Of a stretch of 64,000 bases of DNA, positions 19,477 through 29,128 are shown piece by piece; the first letter of the stretch is position 1, and each line of letters starts with the position of its first letter. Both the position numbers and the translations under genes were made by a program. Origin of the DNA: an uncultured Gemmatimonadaceae bacterium (GTDB lineage: Bacteria; Gemmatimonadota; Gemmatimonadetes; Gemmatimonadales; Gemmatimonadaceae); assembly GCA_963781585.1 (NCBI GenBank), contig CAWAGQ010000014.1:32001-96000 (forward strand), in the 5' to 3' direction. The notes below the pieces were generated by a model that was not told the origin of the DNA, did not search any database, and saw nothing but the letters and a program-made list of their open reading frames with translations.

Positions 19477-22202
19477 GAGAGCGCTCGTACGAAGGTGGTG
19501 GCGCGCTCGAAGGCGTCGCCCAGGCGCTCGCGAATTGGTTCGACGAGCTCCCATTGCTCCTGCTTTGCTGCGTGTTCCAGTTCACGCGCGAGTTCGGCTA
19601 CTTCCCGGGACCCGACGGACGCCGCCGATCCCTTGAGGCTGTGCGACGCACTCTGCAGCGCCTTCGCTTCGCGCGACGCGATGGCGCCATCGACCTGTTG
19701 AAGAACCGGCCCGCTGCTCTCGACGAACAGATCGAGGAACTGCCGCACGGTGTCGGCGTCGTCGCCGACCAGCGACTGCAGCTGCGTCAGGTCGATCGCG
19801 GCCGGCGGCTCGGCGGCCTCGCCGCTACCGGCGGCTGGCGCGTCGCGAACTGCGGGGGCGAGCAGGCCGGGGGGATCGGCTGTCCGCGCGGGGTCAGGGC
19901 GGATCCAGCGGGCGAGCGTCGTCCGCAGCACTTCGCGACGCAGGGGCTTCGCCATGAAATCATCCATCCCGGCGCTGAGACAGGCGTGCCGGTCGTCCTC
20001 CGTCGCGCTGGCGGTGAGCGCGACGATCGGCAGGCGATCCGAGGTGAACCCCAGTCGCCGCATCGCCGCTGTGGCCTGGAAGCCGTCGAGGTTTGGCATC
20101 CGGCAGTCCATGAGCACCAGGTCGTAGGACGCCTGCAATACCATGTCGACCGCGCGCTGGCCGTCGGCCGCGACTTCGGCATCGTAGCCGAGCCGGCGCA
20201 GCAGCTCGAGCGCGACCTGCTGGTTCACCGTATTGTCCTCGGCCAGCAGCACGCGGCCGCGCACGCCACCGACCGTCGCATCCGCACCCAGGTCCGCGAT
20301 GGCGAACGCATTTGGCGTGAGCCGTCTCACGGATCCGGAGCGTCCGGCGCCGAACAGGGCGTCGGTTGCCTGCAGCAACTGCGAACGGCGAACCGGCTTC
20401 AGGATCACGGCGCAGTCGTAGAGACTCGCGGCGTGACGCGCGTCCTCCCGACGGCGCAGCGTGCTCAGAAGCAGAATGGGGACTCCGGAATGCTTCGAGT
20501 CGCCCCGGATCTTCCCGGCGAGTTCGATTCCGTCGGTCCCCGGCATCTCGATGTCGCTGATGATCAGGCGCGGCGTATCACCGGCCGCACCCAGCCTGTG
20601 CAAGGCATCGAGCGCCTCGTCCGCGCCGCCGGCTGTCGAGCAGACGGCTCCGTTTCGCGACAGGACGCGCTCGAGCATTCGGCGGCTCTCGTCGCTGTCA
20701 TCCACGATGAGCACGCGGCATCCGTCGAGTCCGATGGACCGCGGCGCGGGCATTGCGTCCTTGGCGTTCCGGAGATGCACGGTGAAGCCGAACGTGCTGC
20801 CGACTCCAAGCTCGCTGCGGACCCAGGCCTGGCCTCCCATCATGGCGGCCAGCTGGCGGGAGATACTGAGCCCCAGCCCGGTGCCGCCGTATCGCCGCGT
20901 GGTCGAGGCATCGGCCTGCGTGAACGGGTGGAACAGGCGCTCCTGATCCTCGGGCGAGAGCCCGATGCCGGTGTCCCGCACCTCGAACTGGAGCTGGACT
21001 TCGCGATCGCTGAGCGACAGCAGATTCGCCTCGATCACGACAGCGCCGGCGCTCGTGAACTTGACGGCGTTGCCGGCCAGGTTGACCAGGATCTGCCGCA
21101 GGCGACCGGGATCGCCGCGCAGCGCGTCAGGGGCGTTGTCGGCGGCGATGCAGACCAGCTCCAGCCCCTTGCTCTCGGCCCGTTCGGCGAGCAGTTCGGT
21201 CACGTCCTCCAGCACGCCACGCAGCGAGAAGTCGATCTCCTCGAGGACCAGCTTGCCGGCCTCGATCTTGGAGAAGTCGAGGATGTCGTCGATGATGCCG
21301 AGCAGCGCTTCGGCGGAGCGGTGCGCTGTGAGGCAGAACTCGTGCTGCTCGGACGTCAGGTGTTCGTGCGCGAGCAGGTCCAGCATGCCGAGGACGCCGT
21401 TCATCGGGGTGCGAATCTCGTGGCTCATCACGGCGAGAAACGCCGACTTGGCCCGGGTGGCGTCGACCGCCGTGTCGCGCGCCGCCGCCAGCTCGCGCGC
21501 CTGATGCGCCAGATCCTCCACCTGGCTCCGGATGCGCTCCACCATGGTGGCGAACGCCGAGGCGAGCGCGCCGATTTCGTCGCTCTCCGCACGAGGGATC
21601 ACCACGTGATACTCCCCGGCAGCCATCCGGTCGGCCGCGCGACGCAACGACACGATCGGACGCACGATGCGACCGGCGATGATGAGCGACAGCAGACCGC
21701 CCACGCCGAACACCAGCAGGCTGACCGTCAGGCCAAGACGGCGTTGACGGGCGATCCGGCGCTGAAGGGGTGCCAGTGACGACCCCACAACCAGCGTTCC
21801 GAGCGTGTCGTCGCGAAAGTGAATTGGCGCTGCCACGAACAGGAGCCCGCGCCATTCATGCATGTCGCTGCGCGAAGCCTCGCGTATCGGATCCACGGGG
21901 AGGCTGTCGCGGTTGAACGCGGCGAACACGTTATCCGAAGTGTCGACCACCGCCAGGTAGGCCAACGCGCTGTCGCGCCGCGCCCAGGCGAACGCTGCCG
22001 CCACCGACGACGGGACGTTGAGACGCAGCGCCACTCCCACGCTCATTGCCACCATCTCGGCGGTGCCCGCCACCTGTTCGCGCCTGGCGCTCAGCGCCTC
22101 CTCGCGGTACTGCGCCGGATAGTAGAAGCCGACGAACAACGAAATCAGAAACGCGACCACGGCACCGCTGGCGGCAACCTTGATCCGAATCGGCCAGCGC
22201 AT
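19473..22202 (-). CDS. Hybrid sensor histidine kinase (TM-HAMP-HisKA-HATPase-REC-REC-Hpt)
   Basis: MSHEIRTPMNG, NLAGNAVKFT, DTGIG, GGTGLGL, two REC domains, Hpt SHSLKGSA. Start uncertain (22202 or upstream). Confidence 0.95.
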   Translation of the reverse strand: MRWPIRIKVAASGAVVAFLISLFVGFYYPAQYREEALSARREQVAGTAEMVAMSVGVALRLNVPSSVAAAFAWARRDSALAYLAVVDTSDNVFAAFNRDSLPVDPIREASRSDMHEWRGLLFVAAPIHFRDDTLGTLVVGSSLAPLQRRIARQRRLGLTVSLLVFGVGGLLSLIIAGRIVRPIVSLRRAADRMAAGEYHVVIPRAESDEIGALASAFATMVERIRSQVEDLAHQARELAAARDTAVDATRAKSAFLAVMSHEIRTPMNGVLGMLDLLAHEHLTSEQHEFCLTAHRSAEALLGIIDDILDFSKIEAGKLVLEEIDFSLRGVLEDVTELLAERAESKGLELVCIAADNAPDALRGDPGRLRQILVNLAGNAVKFTSAGAVVIEANLLSLSDREVQLQFEVRDTGIGLSPEDQERLFHPFTQADASTTRRYGGTGLGLSISRQLAAMMGGQAWVRSELGVGSTFGFTVHLRNAKDAMPAPRSIGLDGCRVLIVDDSDESRRMLERVLSRNGAVCSTAGGADEALDALHRLGAAGDTPRLIISDIEMPGTDGIELAGKIRGDSKHSGVPILLLSTLRRREDARHAASLYDCAVILKPVRRSQLLQATDALFGAGRSGSVRRLTPNAFAIADLGADATVGGVRGRVLLAEDNTVNQQVALELLRRLGYDAEVAADGQRAVDMVLQASYDLVLMDCRMPNLDGFQATAAMRRLGFTSDRLPIVALTASATEDDRHACLSAGMDDFMAKPLRREVLRTTLARWIRPDPARTADPPGLLAPAVRDAPAAGSGEAAEPPAAIDLTQLQSLVGDDADTVRQFLDLFVESSGPVLQQVDGAIASREAKALQSASHSLKGSAASVGSREVAELARELEHAAKQEQWELVEPIRERLGDAFERATTFVRALS

Positions 22203-22340
22203 CCTGGCCCGTTGGAACAACACGCACCTCACGGAAAGAGTCCTGTGCGACACCGCATATCGGCGCGGTGACGGCATGCAGTCGCTCACGGCAGACCTGC
22301 CAGTGCTTCGACTGCGCCCTATAGTCTCGACCCACCCGGT

Positions 22341-22367
22341 TCATCGGCTTAACCCCCTTCCGGATTA
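22341..22367 (-). promoter_or_regulatory. Possible sigma28 (FliA)-type promoter for the kinase operon
   Basis: Minus strand TAAT-N15-GCCGATGA versus consensus TAAA-N15-GCCGATAA. Confidence 0.4.
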
Positions 22368-22566
22368 GGGCTGCCTCATGCGCGCACGGGTTCCGAGCGG
22401 GCCGCTCAGGGTGCGGAATCGGCCATTCTGTCCGGGACTGGCGACCTCGGGGTCCGGTATTCGAGGGTGTTTGAGCCGGATTCGCACCTGGGCCGGCGCT
22501 GTTCTGGAGCGGGGCCGGAACGCGAGGCTGGCGGGACCCGCGACTTTCCTCCATCCTCGGCCCCCA

Positions 22567-23598
22567 ATGACCGCTCTGCGCATCGGCATTCTCGGCTGCG
22601 GCCGGATCGTACGGCTGGCCCACCTCCACGCACTGGCCGCTCTTCCGGACGTGCAGGTGGCGGGCGTCGCTGATCCCGATCCCGAAGCGGCCGCCTTCGT
22701 CGCACGCCTGGCACCCGGCGTCCCGGTGGTTGGTGACTATCGTGAGCTGCTCGACGCCCAGGCGCTCGACGCCGTGGTCATCGCCATGCCGCCACTGCTG
22801 CATCGGGCGGCCGCGGTCGCGGCGTTCGAGCGCGGGCTGCATGTCTACCTCGAGAAGCCCATCGCGCCGTCACTTGCCGACGGCGAGGCGATTGTGTCGG
22901 CGTGGCGAACCGCGGGAACGATTGGAATGATCGGGTTCAACCTCCGCCGCAACCGCCTGTACGCCGACCTGGGTCGGGCACTCGCGAACGGCGCGGCCGG
23001 TCACCCGATCGCGGTGCGCAGCGCGTACACCGCGCTGTGGCCCGACGTCGCGCCCTGGCGTGTCTCGCCCGAAGCCGGCGGGGGCGCGCTGCTCGAACTC
23101 GCGTCGCACCACGTCGATCTGGTTCGCATTCTGCTGCGCGACGAGATAGAGTCGGTGCAGGCGGATACCTGGTCCACTCGTGGCGAAGACGAGGCGGCGA
23201 TGCTGCAGATGCGGCTGAGTGGTGGCGTTCGCGCTCAGACCCTGGTCTGCTATGGCACCGTGGAGGAAGACCGGTTCGAGCTGTATGGCGCGAGCGGAAA
23301 GCTGGTGGTGGACCGATACAATTCACTCGCGGTCGAGCAGGTGCCGACGCACGCGGTGGGCGCCATGACGAAAGTGGCGCAGCACGTGGTGCGCGAGGTG
23401 TCGGCGGCGCGGTACGGCCTGGAGAAGCGGCGCGATCCCGGTCAGGAACCGTCATACGCGGCGGCGCTCGCCGCCTTCGTGGCGGCGGCGCGAACCGGTG
23501 GTGGGGCGGTCGCGCCCGATCTCGATGATGGCCTTCGCGCGCTGCGCGTAATTGACGCGGCGCGGAAGGTGGCGGGCCGGCGCGAGCAAATCCATTGA
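22567..23598 (+). CDS. Gfo/Idh/MocA family oxidoreductase
   Basis: IGILGCGRI Rossmann motif, HVYLEKP, GFNLR, GGGALLELASH. Confidence 0.92.
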   Translation: MTALRIGILGCGRIVRLAHLHALAALPDVQVAGVADPDPEAAAFVARLAPGVPVVGDYRELLDAQALDAVVIAMPPLLHRAAAVAAFERGLHVYLEKPIAPSLADGEAIVSAWRTAGTIGMIGFNLRRNRLYADLGRALANGAAGHPIAVRSAYTALWPDVAPWRVSPEAGGGALLELASHHVDLVRILLRDEIESVQADTWSTRGEDEAAMLQMRLSGGVRAQTLVCYGTVEEDRFELYGASGKLVVDRYNSLAVEQVPTHAVGAMTKVAQHVVREVSAARYGLEKRRDPGQEPSYAAALAAFVAAARTGGGAVAPDLDDGLRALRVIDAARKVAGRREQIH

Positions 23599-24554
23599 CG
23601 GCGGGAATGCAGTCGCAGCCGGCGCTTACCGTGGCACTGCTCACCCCCGACCTGTTCGCCACAGTGGAGCGCACCGTGCGTCAGGTGGCTGCGCAGAACA
23701 TCGCGTCGTGCATTGAACTCCTGATGGTTGCCCCCGCGTCTGTATCGTTATGCATCGATGCCGACCTCGCGCGATCGTTCCAGTCGGTACGAGTGGTGGA
23801 GGGCGACTTCTCGGGCGGGAGCGGCGTAGTGCGGGCCGCCGCGGTTCACGCCGCCGCCGCTCCGATCATCGCGTTCGCCGAGGATCACTGCTTCCCCGAC
23901 CCCGGGTGGGCCGAGGCACTCCTCGCCGCGCATGCCGGACCGTGGTGCGCCGTCGGCCCGGTGGTGCGGAACGCGAACCCGGACACGCTCGTCAGCTGGG
24001 CAGATCTGCTGATGGGCTATGGTCCCTGGCTCGCGCCCGGGTCGTCCGGCGAACGCGACCATCTGCCGGGCCACAACACGAGCTACAAGGTCGAGCCATT
24101 GCGGAAACTCGGAGCACTGCTCGATGAGCTGCTCGAGGCGGAGACACCCCTCCAATGGCGGCTGCGTGCAGCGGGCGGGCGCCTGTATCAGGAGCAACGC
24201 GCGTGCGTGGCCCATACCAACTTCTCGTGGTGGAGCACCTGGGTGCACGTCGTCTATCATGCCGGGCGCGTGTTCGCCGCGACCAGAGCGCTCGACTGGT
24301 CGCGGATGCACCGCCTGGCATTCGCCCTTGCCGCACCGCTGGTGCCCTTCGTACGGATGGCACGTCACGTCGCCCAGGGGTGGCGAGCCGGCCTGCCGCG
24401 GATCCTTCTGGTGCGTATGGTTCCCGTGCTGTTCGCGGGCCTGGCATGCAACGCAGCTGGCGAGGCAGTGGGCGCGCTGACCGGCGCCGGAACGTCGCGC
24501 GCGAAAATGCTGGCCTGGGAGTTCCATCGGAACGCGCCGTCGGGGCGTCGGTAG
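23595..24554 (+). CDS. Glycosyltransferase family 2-like protein with C-terminal membrane segments
   Basis: IIAFAEDHC (DxD variant), GHNTSYK; overlaps the upstream stop. Confidence 0.75.
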   Translation: MTAGMQSQPALTVALLTPDLFATVERTVRQVAAQNIASCIELLMVAPASVSLCIDADLARSFQSVRVVEGDFSGGSGVVRAAAVHAAAAPIIAFAEDHCFPDPGWAEALLAAHAGPWCAVGPVVRNANPDTLVSWADLLMGYGPWLAPGSSGERDHLPGHNTSYKVEPLRKLGALLDELLEAETPLQWRLRAAGGRLYQEQRACVAHTNFSWWSTWVHVVYHAGRVFAATRALDWSRMHRLAFALAAPLVPFVRMARHVAQGWRAGLPRILLVRMVPVLFAGLACNAAGEAVGALTGAGTSRAKMLAWEFHRNAPSGRR

Positions 24555-24565
24555 GTGGAGGGACC

Positions 24566-25486
24566 ATGACCGTGGCGGGCGGCCTCTCCTTTTCGGTGAT
24601 CGTGCCGACGCGCAACCGGCCGGCAGCGCTCGAGCGGTGCCTCGCGTCGCTCGCCGCGCAGTCGTACGCGAGGGACTCCATCGAGGTGGTCGTGGTGGAC
24701 GATGGAAGCGTGCCCCCACTGAGGGCGCCGATCGAGACGGCCGGTCGCCTGTCGCGATGCGTGCTCGTCTCCACTCCTGGTGTGGGGCCCGCCGCCGCGC
24801 GCAACGCCGGAGTCGCCGCGAGCCACGGCGATGCCCTGGCCTTCATCGATGACGACTGCGTCGCCGATCCCGGATGGTTGACGGCGCTGGCCGGGCGCCT
24901 GTGCGCTCAGCCCGGCGCCGCGGTTGGCGGGCGCGTCCGGAACGCGCTGACCGGCAACCGATATGCGCGGGCCAGTCAGTCACTGATTGATTTTCTGTAT
25001 CGATACTACCATGTGGAAGGGCGCGGCAGCGTGCCGTTCTTCACCACCAACAACCTGGCCGTGCGACGCGAGGTGTTCGAGGACGTCGGTCCCTTCGATC
25101 CTTCATTCCCGTTTGCGTCGGAGGATCGCGACTGGAGTGACCGCTGCCGCCACCGCGGCCGGGCACTCTGCTACGCCGGGGAGGCGTTGGTCTTCCACGC
25201 GAACGAGCTTGGCTGGCGCTCGTTCGTGCGGCAGCACTTTCGGTATGGCGAAGGGGCACTGCGGTTTCATCGCGCGCGGTCCCGGCGCCGCCGCGAACCG
25301 GTGGGGATGGAATCGCCGCGCTTCTATGCAAGAATGTTCCGGGAGCCATTCGCGACGCACGACCCGAACGCGCTCCGGCAGGTGGGGCTGCTGCTGATCT
25401 CGCAGGTCGCATCGGCGGCCGGCTTCGCGGACGCCTACCTGCGCGACCCGGCGCATCGCCGGCCTCCACCGACCGTCGGGCGCTAG
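24566..25486 (+). CDS. Glycosyltransferase family 2
   Basis: SVIVPTRNR, VVVDDGS, GPAAARN, AFIDDD, ASED; RBS GGAGG before ATG 24566. Confidence 0.92.
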   Translation: MTVAGGLSFSVIVPTRNRPAALERCLASLAAQSYARDSIEVVVVDDGSVPPLRAPIETAGRLSRCVLVSTPGVGPAAARNAGVAASHGDALAFIDDDCVADPGWLTALAGRLCAQPGAAVGGRVRNALTGNRYARASQSLIDFLYRYYHVEGRGSVPFFTTNNLAVRREVFEDVGPFDPSFPFASEDRDWSDRCRHRGRALCYAGEALVFHANELGWRSFVRQHFRYGEGALRFHRARSRRRREPVGMESPRFYARMFREPFATHDPNALRQVGLLLISQVASAAGFADAYLRDPAHRRPPPTVGR

Positions 25487-26460
25487 TGGCATTTGCCGCC
25501 GCCGACGTCCCACGGCCGCCCCGTCACGTCGATGAAGGCGCGCTGGTATTCGCCGCCGCCCAGCGTGAGCTTCAGCACACCGAAGTGCCCCTGAATGCGA
25601 GCCACCGAATGCGCCGCCAGCGACCGACGAAAACCTCGGAGCTCGCCGCCGCCCGTTCCGACCACGATCTCGGCAATGCCGCGCAGCGTGTCGAGCGCCC
25701 CGGCCGGAGTCATCGGAAGGAAACGCTCGTAGTCGTGGTCGTGCCCGTTCAGCACGAGGTCGACGTTGGCGTCGTAGAGAACCTGCCAGAGGCTCCGCAG
25801 TCGCGTGTCGCTGCCGTGATACCCCGAGGTGAACCGCGGATGGTGCCAGTAGGCCAGCGTGCAGGCCTTGCGGTGCGCCGCCAAGTCGGCGCGCAGCCAG
25901 TCCTCCTGCGCCTTGCGCTCTTCGGGCAGGAACGCCGGGTCGACGATGATCTCGCTGTTCAGCGAGACGACGTGCCACTCGCCGATGTCGTAGCTGTAGT
26001 AACCCTCCTCAACCTTCCCGGCGCGGGTGCCGAAATAGAGGTAGTAGGGAGCTGCCTCCTCCGTCTCGTGCTCGTGATTCCCCGGCGCGGGATGGATCTC
26101 CTTCATGATGCGCTTCTGGGGATCGCCCCATGACGGCGTGAAGCACTGGTTGAAGTTCTGGATCGAACCTGCCGGGTAGGCGTTGTCCCCCAGCGTGAAG
26201 ACGCCGTCCTTCACATGCGCGGCGCTGTCGGCCCGGATGATGCTGTCCACGATCGCCGCGGTCCCCTCGTCACCGTGCGAGGCGCAGTCGGCGATGTCAC
26301 CAGCGCCGATCAGGACCGACGCGCCCGCCAGCGCCACCAGCTTTGGCGGTGCGTCGGCAGGAGGTGGCGTGGTCTGTACCGGTTGCGCGCAGAGCACCGG
26401 AATGGCCGGCAGCGTCACGATCAGCAGAGCATGGATGGGAGAGCGCATCCGCAGGGCCAC
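25483..26460 (-). CDS. Secreted metallophosphoesterase (calcineurin-like / purple acid phosphatase-like)
   Basis: AGDIA, GDNAY, GNHE, HHP, GHDHDYER; signal peptide. Confidence 0.92.
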   Translation of the reverse strand: MALRMRSPIHALLIVTLPAIPVLCAQPVQTTPPPADAPPKLVALAGASVLIGAGDIADCASHGDEGTAAIVDSIIRADSAAHVKDGVFTLGDNAYPAGSIQNFNQCFTPSWGDPQKRIMKEIHPAPGNHEHETEEAAPYYLYFGTRAGKVEEGYYSYDIGEWHVVSLNSEIIVDPAFLPEERKAQEDWLRADLAAHRKACTLAYWHHPRFTSGYHGSDTRLRSLWQVLYDANVDLVLNGHDHDYERFLPMTPAGALDTLRGIAEIVVGTGGGELRGFRRSLAAHSVARIQGHFGVLKLTLGGGEYQRAFIDVTGRPWDVGGGKCH

Positions 26461-26500
26461 GAGAGGTCGGTGAAAACAGAGCGGGGCGACCGCGCCTCAC

Positions 26501-29128
26501 TCAATAGGAGACGCCGAAGCCGAACAGCACTCTTCGGTCGCGGCGATTAGTCAGGGACATGGTGATGCCGGTGGCCGGGCCAAGCACGCCGAGCCAGAAT
26601 CCGGCGCCCGCCGCGCTGTGCCAGCCGCCCGGCGACGCGCCCTGGACGTAGACCCGCCCTGCGTCGAACCAGCCGATCGCGCCAACGTCGAGGGGCAGGA
26701 CGAACGCGAACCGCGCCAGCGGCACCCGCAGTTCCGCACCTCCGAAGACCGATGCATCGCCCAGAACCTGGTGATGGGGAATCGTCCGGACCGTTTCCGA
26801 GCCTCCAATGTAAGCCGCCTCGTAGAACGGATACGCGCCGAACAGCTTCTCCCCGCCGCCGCGCAGGGCGAGTACGGCGTGCGGCGGCAATGACAACGGG
26901 AAGTAGGTCGCCGCCGAGGCCGTGACCTGCTGGAATCCCGTCTTCAGGTTCCAGATGCCCGGATAGGCGGCACCCGATGCATCCACCACCAGCCCGCGAT
27001 GGGGATTCTGCGGGTCGTCTCGCGTGTCATGGTGCACCGCCAGCTCGAGCCCCGCCTGGCCCACGTGTCCCGCACCATACAACTCCTGCTTCGACAGAAA
27101 CCCCTCGGCCGGACCGGAGGTCGATACGTATTTCGCAATTGGTCCGACCGACACGTCGCTGTGCGGGCCGACCGAGACCCCCACCGCGGGATGGAGCACC
27201 CACTGTTGCTGCCTGACCTCGTAGAATGACCCCCGGAGGTCCGGCACGTCGTTGCCCAGCCCATGGAACTCCACCATCTCCAGTTGCGACATGCGCGCTT
27301 CCCCCAGGAGGTGGAGGCGTGACGCTTCGAATCGCCGGTCCCCCTCAACGCCGACATCCCACCCGTTCAAGCCGCTGGAATACGAGGCCTCGGCGCCCAT
27401 CATTGCTGCGTACGGGACTTCACGGAAGCCGTAGACGTACCGGGTGACGGCGATCTTCGGGACGAGGCCAAGACCGCGTCCGGTCCGGATGCCCACAACT
27501 GCCCGGAGCTGCGCGCCGCGGTCCCGGTACGGCGGAACCGCACTGCCGAACGCGAATTGCCACGGACGCCGGTTCCAGGCGGTATCGGGGTCGTAGCTCA
27601 CGCCGTGCACCGTGTCGCCCCGATAGCTCCAGCGCGTCACCGTCCCGGTGTCGTACAGGTGCGTTGGATGGGGACGCCCTGCCACGGTGGAAGAGTCAAC
27701 CAGTGTGTTCGTGCCATTGCCGCCGATGATGCGCACGGTGATGCTCCGGTCCGCGTGCCCCACCACCACCGCGCTGTCGTCACCGTTGTGCAGGTAGAGC
27801 CGGATTTCGCGGGTTGTTCCGGAGTCGAAGTGTCGCGTGAAGTACGGCGCACCGCGGCCGGAGCGGAGCCGCACTTCCACCACTCCGCCATTGCGGCGGA
27901 CCACCGTCGCCTGATCGTCGGCATCGGTGCCGTGGATGTCGGCAACCGCATTGACGACCTGGAAATAATGGAGGGCGGCGACGAGCAGGTGGTCGCGTCG
28001 TGCCCGAAGCGCCCCGCGCAGGGGGGGCGTCGCTGCCCGCTCACCAGGCGGCATGGCTGCGAGGGCGGCGTCGATGACCGAATCCGTGATGACGCGCGTG
28101 AGATGCCTGCCCACCGAATCCCACACGGCCTGGTCGAGGCCGACGAGGAGGCGACGGTCGAAGTCGATCGCGTTGTACGATAGCGCGGCGAGGTTCGGAT
28201 ACGTGCTGGTGAACGCCACCAGTTTCGGAGCCGCGACCCGCACCAGTCGGAGGAGCAGCCCGTCGTACGATTCGAACGCCTTGTCCCGATCCCGCGCGAT
28301 GGGCTCCCAGAGCGCGTCGGGCCCGGGACGCAGCTTGGCCCACTTCCATTGGCCGGGGTGGCGATCGTTGTCATTGATCATCATGTCGACTAGCCGGGCA
28401 GCGAGGAGCGCCCGACGGTCGACACGCGTGCGCGGATCGTGGTTGAGATCCTTGAGCAGGTCATCGCTGCCTATGACCGCCACGGCACCCGCGAACCCCG
28501 GCGCGTCCTCCGGCATGATCGGGTCCTCTTCGATCGTCCCTACCTTGCCCGCGAATTCGTCGCAGAACTTTCCGAGCAGCGAGTCGTCGGGCATCACGAC
28601 CAGTTGAGGAGTGGGATGAAGGACTCCGGCCGCCGCCACGACCGGCGGCGCCATGACCGTCGCGGCCGGGTGCGAGGCGCCCAGCTGGTCGCGGAATACC
28701 GTCTCGAAGACCGTTCCCCTGAATTCCCGATGGATTCCGAGACGCTCCTTGCGCACCGGCCGGAACACGTACTCGACGCCGTTGCGCGCGGCCAAGTGCA
28801 GATTCTTCGTCTGTGCCCCGCCGCCAGTCTTCCGTGGACGAAGCCCACCGGCGAAATGCGACAGATCCAGCAGCGGCACCCGGATCGAAGCCGCCCACGC
28901 GTCGCGATAGTCGTTGCCCAGCAGCAGGCGCCGCAGTCCGCCGGCCTCGAATTCCGGATCCGTTCGAACTACCGTATCGCGCGCGGTCGTGGGGTGCGAG
29001 ACCGGCCGCGCGGTAGCGCACGGCGCCGCCACCGGCGACGGCGGACGCTGGGCGCTCGCCGCGACCGGCCAGATGGCCGTCACAAGCGCGATCGCCCACG
29101 GGCGGACCGGCACGCATCGAGGGCTCAT
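26501..29128 (-). CDS. Omp85/BamA-TamA-type outer-membrane protein with N-terminal atypical-kinase-like region
   Basis: C-terminal barrel (DTRD..NP.RG, IGGSETVR, AELRVPL, FDAGRV, terminal Tyr); N-terminal GGGAQT, DNDRH, RDRD. Confidence 0.75.
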   Translation of the reverse strand: MSPRCVPVRPWAIALVTAIWPVAASAQRPPSPVAAPCATARPVSHPTTARDTVVRTDPEFEAGGLRRLLLGNDYRDAWAASIRVPLLDLSHFAGGLRPRKTGGGAQTKNLHLAARNGVEYVFRPVRKERLGIHREFRGTVFETVFRDQLGASHPAATVMAPPVVAAAGVLHPTPQLVVMPDDSLLGKFCDEFAGKVGTIEEDPIMPEDAPGFAGAVAVIGSDDLLKDLNHDPRTRVDRRALLAARLVDMMINDNDRHPGQWKWAKLRPGPDALWEPIARDRDKAFESYDGLLLRLVRVAAPKLVAFTSTYPNLAALSYNAIDFDRRLLVGLDQAVWDSVGRHLTRVITDSVIDAALAAMPPGERAATPPLRGALRARRDHLLVAALHYFQVVNAVADIHGTDADDQATVVRRNGGVVEVRLRSGRGAPYFTRHFDSGTTREIRLYLHNGDDSAVVVGHADRSITVRIIGGNGTNTLVDSSTVAGRPHPTHLYDTGTVTRWSYRGDTVHGVSYDPDTAWNRRPWQFAFGSAVPPYRDRGAQLRAVVGIRTGRGLGLVPKIAVTRYVYGFREVPYAAMMGAEASYSSGLNGWDVGVEGDRRFEASRLHLLGEARMSQLEMVEFHGLGNDVPDLRGSFYEVRQQQWVLHPAVGVSVGPHSDVSVGPIAKYVSTSGPAEGFLSKQELYGAGHVGQAGLELAVHHDTRDDPQNPHRGLVVDASGAAYPGIWNLKTGFQQVTASAATYFPLSLPPHAVLALRGGGEKLFGAYPFYEAAYIGGSETVRTIPHHQVLGDASVFGGAELRVPLARFAFVLPLDVGAIGWFDAGRVYVQGASPGGWHSAAGAGFWLGVLGPATGITMSLTNRRDRRVLFGFGVSY

